DNA of 64,000 nt, from NCBI GenBank assembly GCA_964453135.1, contig CAYVOL010000002.1, positions 55,094 through 119,093 of the forward strand. The letters run 5' to 3'. The stretch comes from an uncultured Candidatus Saccharibacteria bacterium (GTDB lineage Bacteria; Patescibacteriota; Minisyncoccia; UBA6257; UBA9933). This document shows, in pieces, positions 47,724 to 55,906 of this stretch (positions are counted from its first letter, which is position 1; the number at the start of each line of letters is the position of its first letter). The position numbers were made by a program, and so were the translations under genes. Under the pieces are notes generated by a model. It was given only the letters and a program-made list of their open reading frames with translations. It had not been told where the DNA came from and ran no database searches.

Positions 47724-48107
47724 GGGGAGCGTCAGGCTTCGACAGAAGACTGCGCCCATAAAATTGCAGGCTGAGGACGGCCCGTTATCCTCAACAATCT
47801 TTCGGGCCAAAAAACAACTGCCAACAAAACATTGGCTCCTGCTTTCGCTTTTGCCTAAGCGGGTTTACCCGCTAAAGCTTTAGCGGCGGCGGGCATCGCT
47901 TGATTGACGCTTGATAAATCAAAAGCGGTGTTATAAATTCAAGATATATTCTTTGTTTGCCGAAGGCAAGGAACTAATTAATTTTCGGCAGGGAATTTCA
48001 AAGATTTTGCCGGATAGTACTTGAAGTTCCTAACTTAATCCGGATAAGCCTGTAGTGATTTTAGGGAAAGTCTTTTGGACAAGGGTTCAATTCCCTTCGC
48101 TTCCACC
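47724..48107 (+). ncRNA. ssrA: tmRNA (ssrA)
   Basis: Starts 3 nt after the smpB stop with GGGGAGCGTCAGGCTTCGACAG. tRNA-like 3' end AGGGTTCAATTCCCT + CGCTTCC-A-CC, acceptor pairing GGGAGCG/CGCTTCC. Internal tag frame gcc aac aaa aca ttg gct cct gct ttc gct ttt gcc taa = ANKTLAPAFAFA*. Confidence 0.75.
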
Positions 48108-48132
48108 GCGACAACTTTTATATTAAGCAGAC

Positions 48133-48639
48133 ATTTTTCACCATTACAAAGTCAACAATCAAATAACCGCGGCGCAAGTGCGCGTGATTGACGAAGAGGG
48201 TAATAATTTGGAAATAATGCCGTTAAACGCGGCATTAAAATTGGCTCAAGAAAAAGGGGTGGATTTGGTGGAAATAGCTTCTACGGCCCAGCCGCCGGTG
48301 GTGAAAATAATCAGTTTTGATAAATTCCGTTATCAGAAAGAAAAGGAAGAAAAAAAACAAAAAACAGCCCAGAAGGCGGGACAACTGAAAAAAATACGCA
48401 TTTCTCCGCGGGAAGCCAAAAACGATCTAGAAAATAAAATAAATAAAATAAAAGAATTTTTTGAGGAAGGAGACAAAATAGAAATTACTTTGACCTTACG
48501 AGGAAGAGAAAAATATAATCAGCCTTGGGCGCGGTTGAAAATGGACGAATTTTTACAAATGATTGATGAGGAATACAAATTTACCATGGAGCCGAAGTTC
48601 GCGGGAAGAGGACTAATGACACAAATAATTAAAAAATAG
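48133..48639 (+). CDS. infC: translation initiation factor IF-3, likely AUU (ATT) start
   Basis: Conserved N-terminus KVNNQITAAQVRVIDEEG lies upstream of the GTG used by the ORF track (48178). The in-frame ATT at 48133 follows a stop at 48124. Confidence 0.75.
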   Translation: MFHHYKVNNQITAAQVRVIDEEGNNLEIMPLNAALKLAQEKGVDLVEIASTAQPPVVKIISFDKFRYQKEKEEKKQKTAQKAGQLKKIRISPREAKNDLENKINKIKEFFEEGDKIEITLTLRGREKYNQPWARLKMDEFLQMIDEEYKFTMEPKFAGRGLMTQIIKK

Positions 48640-48679
48640 TTTTTATCCCGGCGTATCCGGGCGAATCGGCGAAAATATC

Positions 48680-48835
48680 ATGCGCAAGTCAATTTCGGAC
48701 AGAATAAAAATAACCAAAAAAGGAAAAGTTTTAAGAAAAGCCATGGGGCTGGGGCATTTTCGTTCCCGCAAGAGCACTGCGCAATTGAAGCGGAAGAAAG
48801 CATATCGCTCCCTTGACAACGGCGCTTTTTCTTAG
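48680..48835 (+). CDS. rpmI: 50S ribosomal protein L35
   Basis: 51-aa ORF MRKSISDRIKITKKGKVLRKAMGLGHFRSRKSTAQLKRKKAYRSLDNGAFS between infC and rplT, the conserved operon position. Below the ORF-track length cutoff. Confidence 0.7.
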   Translation: MRKSISDRIKITKKGKVLRKAMGLGHFRSRKSTAQLKRKKAYRSLDNGAFS

Positions 48836-48874
48836 TAATTTGCTTTATCATTTTTGCATCAATAATCAAAAAAT

Positions 48875-49222
48875 ATGCCCAGAGTAAAGCGAGGTAAAAT
48901 AGCGCACAAAAAGCGCGAGAAAATATTAAAAAGAACCAAGGGGTTTAAGTGGGGGAGAAAATCCAAAGAAAGAGCGGCGAAAGAAGCCTTGCTTCACGCC
49001 GGAGATCATTCTTTCCGCGGCCGAAAAGAGAAGAAAAGAAATTTTCGTTCCCTTTGGATTGTTAAAATTAGCGCGGCCAGCCGCGGAGCAAATTTGACTT
49101 ACAGCCAATTGATAAATAAATTAAAAAAGCAAAATATTTTGCTGGACAGAAAAATATTGGCCGACTTGGCTCAAAATAATCCGGCTGTTTTCGAGAGAAT
49201 AGTTCAGCAAATCAGCCAGTAA
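48875..49222 (+). CDS. rplT: 50S ribosomal protein L20
   Basis: MPRVKRGKIAHKKREKILKRTKGF...RKEKKRNFRSLWI conserved L20. Confidence 0.9.
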   Translation: MPRVKRGKIAHKKREKILKRTKGFKWGRKSKERAAKEALLHAGDHSFRGRKEKKRNFRSLWIVKISAASRGANLTYSQLINKLKKQNILLDRKILADLAQNNPAVFERIVQQISQ

Positions 49223-49230
49223 ACAAAAAA

Positions 49231-49260
49231 CCGCTATAGTGCGCTATGGCGGTTTTTTTT
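49231..49260. terminator. bidirectional intrinsic terminator between rplT and the convergent NUDIX gene
   Basis: ccgctatagtgcgctatggcgg hairpin flanked by an A-run upstream and T8 downstream. Confidence 0.6.
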
Positions 49261-49283
49261 GTTGTTGATTAAGCGCTCGCTTT

Positions 49284-49721
49284 TTATCGTGAAGACGGAC
49301 GTTTTTTCAGGAAGTCTCCGGCTTGTTTTAATACCCTCCTGCTTCCTTCGTGTTTTAATATCCTTGCCGCTTCGGAGGCGGAGAACCATCCGAAGCCTTC
49401 ATGTTCGTCGGAAATCTTTATTTCTTTTTTCCGGCTTTCGGCTAAATAGAATGTCACTACTTTGAAAACTTTTTCCTTTCCCCGCCAAAAGGAAAATTTT
49501 TCGTTGGTTTTGAAGTACTGGTTGAATTTCAAGTCGTTGCGCCCCAGTCCGGTTTCTTCTTTTACTTCCCGCAAGGCGGCGACAAAGCTTTTTTCCGTCG
49601 GCTCCAATTTTCCCTTGGGGAAATTCCAGTAATTCCGGCCGTGATATAGCAGTAAAAATTTTAATCCTCCGGGTCCGGGATCTTTTTTGTAAATAATTAA
49701 GCCCGCTGATATTTCCTGCAT
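49284..49721 (-). CDS. NUDIX hydrolase
   Basis: Nudix box GKLEPTEKSFVAALREVKEETGL. Confidence 0.75.
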   Translation of the reverse strand: MQEISAGLIIYKKDPGPGGLKFLLLYHGRNYWNFPKGKLEPTEKSFVAALREVKEETGLGRNDLKFNQYFKTNEKFSFWRGKEKVFKVVTFYLAESRKKEIKISDEHEGFGWFSASEAARILKHEGSRRVLKQAGDFLKKRPSSR

Positions 49722-49790
49722 ATCTTAATCTTATCACACAATCAGCGGCAGGGAAATGACTACTTCGCGAAGAAGGGTAGGGCGCGGGAT

Positions 49791-50093
49791 TTAGGAGGAT
49801 AATTTTTCACTCTCTTCGCCGGATTTTTTGGAGAAAGAATGAACGGGAATTTTTACGCCTTTAATTATCTGGGCTTTCACTAATAGATTATGAATAGACG
49901 GCGTTGGCTGGGCGCCGTTTTTCAGCCAATACTGAATACGTTCTGTTTTGAGGTTGAATTGGTCGGAGTGGGGATTCCAGTAGCCGATATCTTCCACAAA
50001 TTTTCCGTTCAGTTTGGAACGTTTTTCCGTGACAATGGCGCGGAATGTGGGTTGGTGTTTTTTGCCGATTTTTTTCAGTTTAATGGTAAGCAT
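49791..50093 (-). CDS. rpsP: 30S ribosomal protein S16
   Basis: MLTIKLKKIGKKHQPTFRAIVTEKRSKLNGKFVEDIGYWNP matches S16. Confidence 0.85.
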   Translation of the reverse strand: MLTIKLKKIGKKHQPTFRAIVTEKRSKLNGKFVEDIGYWNPHSDQFNLKTERIQYWLKNGAQPTPSIHNLLVKAQIIKGVKIPVHSFSKKSGEESEKLSS

Positions 50094-50145
50094 AGTAGAT
50101 TTTGAAACTTTTTAATCTTATCAGAGATTGGCAGGGAAATCAATT

Positions 50146-51015
50146 TTATTTCATTGTCACCAGCAAAGGGCTGGCGATGAAGATAGACGAGTAGGCCCCC
50201 ACTATTGTTCCGGTTAAAATAGTGAGTATGAAATACTTTAAGGTAATGGGTCCGAAGAAAAATAGCGAGATTAAAACTAAAATTAAAGTCAGGGAAGTGT
50301 TGATGGAGCGCGCTAATGTTTGATTGACGCTGTTGTTGACGATGCTTTCAAAACTTTCTTGAGCGCGGCGCACCATAAGATTTTCCCTGATGCGGTCAAA
50401 AACGACAATGGTGTCGTGCACGGAAAATCCCATTACCACTAAAAGAGCCACCACGAAGTTTATGTCCGCTTCTACCCCCAAGGTGTTTCCTAAAAAGGCT
50501 ATTAACCCCGCTGGAACAATAACATCGTGAAACAGGGTGATCAAAGTGATAAATCCGTATTTCCATGATTTCACCGGATGAGAAACCTTGCGGAAAGCGT
50601 AAGCCACGAAAAGAGAGATTCCTATCAGCACCAAGACCACGGCCCAGATGGCTTTGTTTTTTAGTTCATTGCCTACAGAAGGGCCGATGGATTCAAAACG
50701 CAGTTCCTCCACATTGCCGAATTTGCCTTGCAAACTTTTCAGGTACTTTTGATGTTCTGTCTCTGATAAGTTGTCCAATTTAATCAAAAGGCTATTGTCG
50801 GAAACCGGAAAAACGGAAACATTTTTTAAGCCCTCTTGCTGTAAAAATGTTTTTATTTCTTCGGCGTTAGTTTGCGATAGGCGTATTTGCCACAAAGCGC
50901 CGCCTTGAAAATCAGCACCTATTCTAAATCCAAAGAATAAAATCGCTCCGAGGCTGGCCAAAACCATTATTCCGGAAAAGAAGAAAAAAATTTTGCGATA
51001 GCCGATGATGTTCAT
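50146..51015 (-). CDS. secF: protein translocase subunit SecF
   Basis: 6-TM architecture with periplasmic loop. HDVIVPAGLIAFLG and NFVVALLVVMGFSVHDTIVVFDRIRE motifs. Confidence 0.85.
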   Translation of the reverse strand: MNIIGYRKIFFFFSGIMVLASLGAILFFGFRIGADFQGGALWQIRLSQTNAEEIKTFLQQEGLKNVSVFPVSDNSLLIKLDNLSETEHQKYLKSLQGKFGNVEELRFESIGPSVGNELKNKAIWAVVLVLIGISLFVAYAFRKVSHPVKSWKYGFITLITLFHDVIVPAGLIAFLGNTLGVEADINFVVALLVVMGFSVHDTIVVFDRIRENLMVRRAQESFESIVNNSVNQTLARSINTSLTLILVLISLFFFGPITLKYFILTILTGTIVGAYSSIFIASPLLVTMK

Positions 51016-51030
51016 AATTTATTTCCGGTA

Positions 51031-52263
51031 TTATTTCTTATAAAAATTTTTCAGCAATAATCTTGTTACGGTGATGGCGGAAAACATGCTGACTAAAACA
51101 CCGATGAGAAGCGTCAAGGCGAATCCTTTGACAAAGCTGGAGGTGAATTCATAAAGAATTAAAGAGGAAATGATAGTGGAAATGTTGGAATCTCTGATAG
51201 AAGGCCAGGCGCGGCGGAATCCTTCGTCTATGGCGCCGGTTTTTGACAGGCCTTTTTTAATTTCTTCCTTGGTTCTTTCAAAAATCAGAATGTTGGCGTC
51301 TACCGCCATGCCGATGGAAAGGATATAACCGGCAATGCCGGCCAAAGTCATCGTGATGGCAATTTTGAAAATCGCCATAGTGAGGACGATGTAAACTAAT
51401 AAAGCGATGACGGCAAAAATTCCCAAAGCCCGATAATAAAGCATCATGAATAAAATTACCAGAAGTGTGCCCAGCAGGCCGGCGTAAATCGCCTTTTGCA
51501 ACGACTCCTGACCCAGTCCCGCTCCGATGGTTTGCTGGCTGACTAATTTTAAGGGCGCGGGCAGAGCGCCGGCGTTAAATCTTTCCACTAAGCCGCGGGC
51601 TTCTTCCCGGGAAAAGCGGCCGGTGATTTCCGCCTTGCCGCCGGAAATTTTATCCTGCACGCGCGGAGAGTCTATTAATTGATTGTCCAGAAAAATAGCC
51701 AGAGGTTTTCCGATGTTGCGGCTGGTGATGTCTTCAAATAATTTCGCGCCTTCGTCATTGAGCTGAAAATTTATTTTCGGCGCGTTGGTGTTTTGGTCAA
51801 AATCAAGCTGGGCGCCGATAATATAGCGGCCCGACAAAGCGGTGGGAGCAAAAGCCGTGCTTGTGCCCACTTGTACTTGTTCGCGGAAATCTAAAAGCGG
51901 GGTTTGGCCGATTTCGCTGATGGCTTGGCTGGCGTCTTTGATGCCGGCCAACTCCACCACCAAGCGATAAGCGTCGCCCTCTCGGGCGGTCAACACTTGC
52001 GGTTCGCTGACGCCAAAAAGATTTACTCTTTTTTCTATCACGTCTTTCAGTCCGGCCAGGACCGAGTCGCGGTCCCCTGATTTTACCTGGCTCATATCCG
52101 CTTCGTAAACCAAATGAGTGCCGCCCACCAAATCAAGGCCCAAACGCCAGGGCAAAAATTTCTGCCCCCAGTTGAGCGGCTTAGACAATGGCCAGATAAA
52201 AAACAAAGCCGCTACGGCTACGATAAATACCAATATCAAAAGAAGTGATTGCTTTTCGTTCAT
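51031..52263 (-). CDS. secD: protein translocase subunit SecD
   Basis: LDLVGGTHLVYEAD, LAGIAGYILSIGMAVDANILIFERTKEE. Start placed at the internal MNEKQSLLLIL rather than the ORF-track start at 52350. Confidence 0.85.
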   Translation of the reverse strand: MNEKQSLLLILVFIVAVAALFFIWPLSKPLNWGQKFLPWRLGLDLVGGTHLVYEADMSQVKSGDRDSVLAGLKDVIEKRVNLFGVSEPQVLTAREGDAYRLVVELAGIKDASQAISEIGQTPLLDFREQVQVGTSTAFAPTALSGRYIIGAQLDFDQNTNAPKINFQLNDEGAKLFEDITSRNIGKPLAIFLDNQLIDSPRVQDKISGGKAEITGRFSREEARGLVERFNAGALPAPLKLVSQQTIGAGLGQESLQKAIYAGLLGTLLVILFMMLYYRALGIFAVIALLVYIVLTMAIFKIAITMTLAGIAGYILSIGMAVDANILIFERTKEEIKKGLSKTGAIDEGFRRAWPSIRDSNISTIISSLILYEFTSSFVKGFALTLLIGVLVSMFSAITVTRLLLKNFYKK

Positions 52264-52398
52264 AGAAGATAGAAGTTTGATGGTCAAATTTTCAACAAAA
52301 CAAGAATACTTTTTTCTGCGGTTGATGTCAATGATTTTTCTTTGGGACAATTTGAGTTTAATTTGGAAATTTTTGTTTGATGTCCTATAATTTTCCTT

Positions 52399-52959
52399 AT
52401 GATTTTATCAGACAAAGACCTGAAAAAAGCTATCAGCGAGAAAAAATTGATATTTCAGCCGAAATTGGAATCAGAGCAAATAGGGCCGGCGTCTATTGAT
52501 TTAAAATTGAGCCCGATATTCAAAGTTTTCCACGCCGAAAGAAACAGCTTATTAGATACGAAAAAAGAATTGCCCAAGGATTTTTATAAGACCTATAAAT
52601 TGAAAAACGATGAATTTTTTATTTTGCATCCAATGTCTTTTATTCTTGCCAGCACCATTGAATATATAAAAGTGCCGAGCGATATGGTGGTCAGGGTTGA
52701 GGGCAAAAGTTCTTTGGCAAGAATGGGGATTTTAGTGCATACTGCCGGTTTTGTTGATCCTGGGTTCGAAGGCGCGATAACACTGGAAATCAGCAATCAG
52801 TCAAATCTGGCTGTAACTTTATATCCGAAAATGTACATTTGCCAGATAGCGGTTGAGATGATGTCTTCGCCCGCCGAGACGCCGTATAACAAAAGAAAAA
52901 AATCTCTTTATTTGAAACAAAAGGGGCCGACCGAAGCAAAAACAAGAAATCTTTTTTAG
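52399..52959 (+). CDS. dcd: dCTP deaminase
   Basis: MILSDKDLKKAI, GPASIDLKL, VEGKSSLARMGILVHTAGFVDPGFEGAITLE. 186 aa. Confidence 0.85.
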   Translation: MILSDKDLKKAISEKKLIFQPKLESEQIGPASIDLKLSPIFKVFHAERNSLLDTKKELPKDFYKTYKLKNDEFFILHPMSFILASTIEYIKVPSDMVVRVEGKSSLARMGILVHTAGFVDPGFEGAITLEISNQSNLAVTLYPKMYICQIAVEMMSSPAETPYNKRKKSLYLKQKGPTEAKTRNLF

Positions 52960-53025
52960 ATCCGGGATAGTTTGGCCCGCGTATAGCGAGTCCGTATGCA
53001 GTTATGGCGGCGCTGTTTGCAATCT

Positions 53026-53070
53026 GTCATCCTGAGTCCCCCGCCGTGGCGGGGCGGGGCTCAGAATGAC
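53026..53070. repeat. MITE-like intergenic repeat, copy B (compact form)
   Basis: gtcatcctgagtcccccgccgtggcggggcggggctcagaatgac. 11-nt terminal inverted repeats around a CCCCGCC/GGCGGGG hairpin. Confidence 0.7.
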
Positions 53071-53207
53071 CAAGGCAGGATGTTTTGCCGAGGTTTTTTT
53101 TGAATGGCGTTAGTTGTGGTTGACGGAATTCCTAATTTAATTTACTTTTTAGGCAGAGATTATTTCAGCATTTCAGATGTTTAACAATTTCATAGAAGGA
53201 GGAAAGC

Positions 53208-53894
53208 ATGGAAAAGAAACATGGACGACGGGGCAAGTTTATCGTGTTGGAAGGCGGCGAAGGAAGCGGCAAGGGCACGGCGATTGATTTTTTGAAAGAA
53301 CGTTGCGCCACGGAGTTTCCGGGAAAAGAGTTTGTCTTTACCCGAGAGCCTGGAGGAACGGAGTACGGCGAAGAACTGCGCGGAGCATTACTTTCCCCGG
53401 CCAACAAAGGGAAAGTTACTGCGCTCTCGGAGCTTTTGACATTTTGCGCCATCCGGGCAAATCACTGCGACCTACTTATTCGCCCAGCTCTTGATGCCGG
53501 AAAGATCGTGGTCTGCGACAGGTTTTACCATTCCACTATTGCTTACCAGATTTACGGAAGAGACAGGAAGGAGTTGCGGCCGGTTTTTGAACGGATTAAT
53601 TCTTACGCAATCGGAGGAAACGGGAAGGGCGGCGGATTGGAGCCGGATCTCGTCATATTTTTAGATGTTGAACCAGAGATCGGCCTGGAAAGAATCCAAC
53701 GAAGAAAGGGAGAATTAACGCGGTTTGACCAGGAGAAGCTTATGTTTCATAAGCGCGTTTTCTGGGGATATACCGACCAGTATTACGACGGAAACAGCGA
53801 TAATTGGGTGCGCATAGATACCGGACTTTACGACATAGAAAGAATGCGCGCGCTCGTGTTTCAAGAAGCCAAAACGCTTTTAGCCGGAGGATAA
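53208..53894 (+). CDS. tmk: thymidylate (dTMP) kinase
   Basis: P-loop FIVLEGGEGSGKGT, TREPGGTEYGEELR, lid region. GGAGG RBS upstream. Confidence 0.85.
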   Translation: MEKKHGRRGKFIVLEGGEGSGKGTAIDFLKERCATEFPGKEFVFTREPGGTEYGEELRGALLSPANKGKVTALSELLTFCAIRANHCDLLIRPALDAGKIVVCDRFYHSTIAYQIYGRDRKELRPVFERINSYAIGGNGKGGGLEPDLVIFLDVEPEIGLERIQRRKGELTRFDQEKLMFHKRVFWGYTDQYYDGNSDNWVRIDTGLYDIERMRALVFQEAKTLLAGG

Positions 53895-53904
53895 GGAGGA
53901 CAGG

Positions 53905-55278
53905 ATGATTTCGGTTAATCTGGTCAATAAATCGGAAGTTCCGCCTTTGAAAAGCGCGTCGCAAGCCGGGCGCACCTGTTACAGCGACGAGATACCAGAC
54001 GCAGATGATGGAAAGATGCTTGACGTTGAGGGGCGATTATTCGACACGGGTCATCATACGACCTGCGAACATTTCTATATGTCGTATGCGATAGAGGGGA
54101 TTGCGGTGGGAGATGTAACATTCGGTTTGCATCTGGCCCATCCTTTCTATAACAGCGATCAGCGATCAGGAAGATTTTGCGGAAAGATGTTTACAAATCC
54201 TGACCGCGCTTATACGCAAATCGCAAGCTATCTCAGCAACTATTGGCCGCTGTTGGATTACTCGCGTCATCGCGAAGTAATGAATTATGTATGCGAGGGC
54301 GTTCAGTTATTCAATTCTTATCTTCCGCGCGCGACAGAAGTCGCGGAGCGCTGGATAGCAGAAGACCGGCCTTTCGCGAGCAAATTTGTTCGGGCGAGCG
54401 CGGCAAAATTCGCGCAAGAGCAGTTGCGGATGTTTATTCCGGTCATTTTTCCTACTGGGCTGATATATACGATTGACCCCATTACGCTCGCTTCAATGTA
54501 TCGCGCGGCATGGAGTCCGCCATTGCGGTGCGTAACCGGCCAAATGGCCGATGCGCTTATCACGAAATATCCGGAGGTCGGATTTATGTTCGGTCCGCGC
54601 GACGAGGATTACGAGTGGGCGCCGGAAAAAATGGAAAATCGCGGAGAGATGTTTTTGTATACTCCTCGACTTGATTCTCTTGAAGTCAAGATTAAGGAGA
54701 ATAAATTTATAGCGCCTGCTCCAGTCGACAAACATCCAATTGATCTGCTTCGGTTTCGCCCAGAGTTTATGGATAATTCGGTGGCGACAATAGAAACAAG
54801 AATTTCGATTTCCTTGGCTACAATGGGACAAGACCAGCGCCATCGGACAATTGAGCGGGGCATTCCGCAATTTACCGGAGAATTTTATATTCCTCCGATA
54901 ATGGCGGGACTCGGGGCTGAGCGTCGGATATGGGAGCAGATGTGTTGGTGGCTATCTTTCAAAGACCGCCTGCCACCGACGCTTTGGATGATTCTCGCGC
55001 CATACGGAGCAGTGGTTTCCTACGAAAAGCGCGCCAGCTTGAACGCGATGATCCACGAGCAAGCCAAACGTTTATGCTGGAGCGCGCAGGAAGAAATTTA
55101 TCATCTCGGGCGCGAGATGAGGCAGGGGTTGCTCAAGCAAGGATACGAAAACTTGGCCGATCTTTTTCCGCCGCATTGTTTCTTTACCGGCCGTTGCGCG
55201 GAAGGAAAGAGATTTTGCGGCAGAGACAGGAGATTGCGGCATCAACCGGAATTGTATTTTCCGGAACGGAGAATATGA
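53905..55278 (+). CDS. tandem-duplicated ThyX-like (flavin-dependent thymidylate synthase) protein with complementary motif loss between halves
   Basis: Half 1 has GHHTTCEH (like GHETPFEH) and SDQRSGRF (like SxRY) but AHP in place of RHR. Half 2 has DQRHRTIERG (the RHR motif), EFYIPP and RASLNAMIHEQ...CWSAQEEI (like [20 protein letters not shown]). Motifs recalled from T. maritima ThyX, not searched. Confidence 0.5.
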   Translation: MISVNLVNKSEVPPLKSASQAGRTCYSDEIPDADDGKMLDVEGRLFDTGHHTTCEHFYMSYAIEGIAVGDVTFGLHLAHPFYNSDQRSGRFCGKMFTNPDRAYTQIASYLSNYWPLLDYSRHREVMNYVCEGVQLFNSYLPRATEVAERWIAEDRPFASKFVRASAAKFAQEQLRMFIPVIFPTGLIYTIDPITLASMYRAAWSPPLRCVTGQMADALITKYPEVGFMFGPRDEDYEWAPEKMENRGEMFLYTPRLDSLEVKIKENKFIAPAPVDKHPIDLLRFRPEFMDNSVATIETRISISLATMGQDQRHRTIERGIPQFTGEFYIPPIMAGLGAERRIWEQMCWWLSFKDRLPPTLWMILAPYGAVVSYEKRASLNAMIHEQAKRLCWSAQEEIYHLGREMRQGLLKQGYENLADLFPPHCFFTGRCAEGKRFCGRDRRLRHQPELYFPERRI

Positions 55279-55305
55279 TTTTGGGGAGGTTCTTTCGAGC
55301 TTTAC

Positions 55306-55345
55306 GGGCTCCGGCGGATTTTCGTCGGAGCCCTTTTCATTTTTC
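55306..55345 (+). terminator. intrinsic terminator after the tmk/thyX-like pair
   Basis: gggctccggcggattttcgtcggagccc hairpin followed by ttttcattttt. Confidence 0.55.
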
Positions 55346-55399
55346 ACAAGAGTGATATGATTAAGGTCGCAAATTGTTTATTTTTTTGTCTGAATACTT

Positions 55400-55906
55400 A
55401 TGCTCAACATAATTTTAACGATTTTAGTATTGGCCGTTGTTCTTGCCGGCGGGTATTATTTTAAGGATAAATTTAATCCAATGTTTTCTCCGCTTAGGAA
55501 TGAAAACACAACCAGTGAGACTGCCAAGCAAGAGACATCCGCGAGGAATGAGAACAAAATTTCTCTTCCGGTTGGCGGCCAAGGGGATTTGAAAGTAGAA
55601 ATCTTGAAGCAAGGCCAGGGAGTGGAAATTAAAAATGGAGACAAAGCCACGGTGCATTATGTCGGGACTTTGGAAAACGAAAAAAAATTTGATTCCAGTC
55701 TTGATAGGGGCCAGCCGTTTGAATTTATCGTGGGCGCCGGCCGGGTGATTAAAGGCTGGGATTTGGGAGTTGCGGGGATGAAAGCCGGAGAGAAAAGAAA
55801 ATTAACCATTCCTTATAATTTAGCCTACGGCGAGGCGGGTATTCCTAACGCCATTCCTCCCAAAGCCACCCTTATTTTTGAGGTGGAGCTTTTGAAGATA
55901 AATTGA
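55400..55906 (+). CDS. FKBP-type peptidyl-prolyl cis-trans isomerase, membrane-anchored
   Basis: N-terminal TM helix. FKBP core ATVHYVGTLENEKKFDSSLDRGQPFEFIVGAGRVIKGWDLGVAGMKAGE. Confidence 0.8.
   Translation: MLNIILTILVLAVVLAGGYYFKDKFNPMFSPLRNENTTSETAKQETSARNENKISLPVGGQGDLKVEILKQGQGVEIKNGDKATVHYVGTLENEKKFDSSLDRGQPFEFIVGAGRVIKGWDLGVAGMKAGEKRKLTIPYNLAYGEAGIPNAIPPKATLIFEVELLKIN

Noticed and set aside
52264-52390. ORF-track 5' extension of secD to 52350 and the plus-strand ORF 52118..52390
   Set aside because: The extension precedes the signal-anchor Met (MNEKQSLLLIL) typical of the SecD start. The plus ORF is antisense to secD.
53165-55355. Ten overlapping ORFs of 60-140 aa on both strands (e.g. 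53165..53452 -, 53303..53494 +, 53740..53964 -, 54318..54563 -, 54493..54870 -, 54930..55355 +, 55072..55347 -) inside tmk and the ThyX-like gene
   Set aside because: Shadow ORFs produced by locally higher GC (fewer stop codons). They overlap strongly supported genes and have no motifs.
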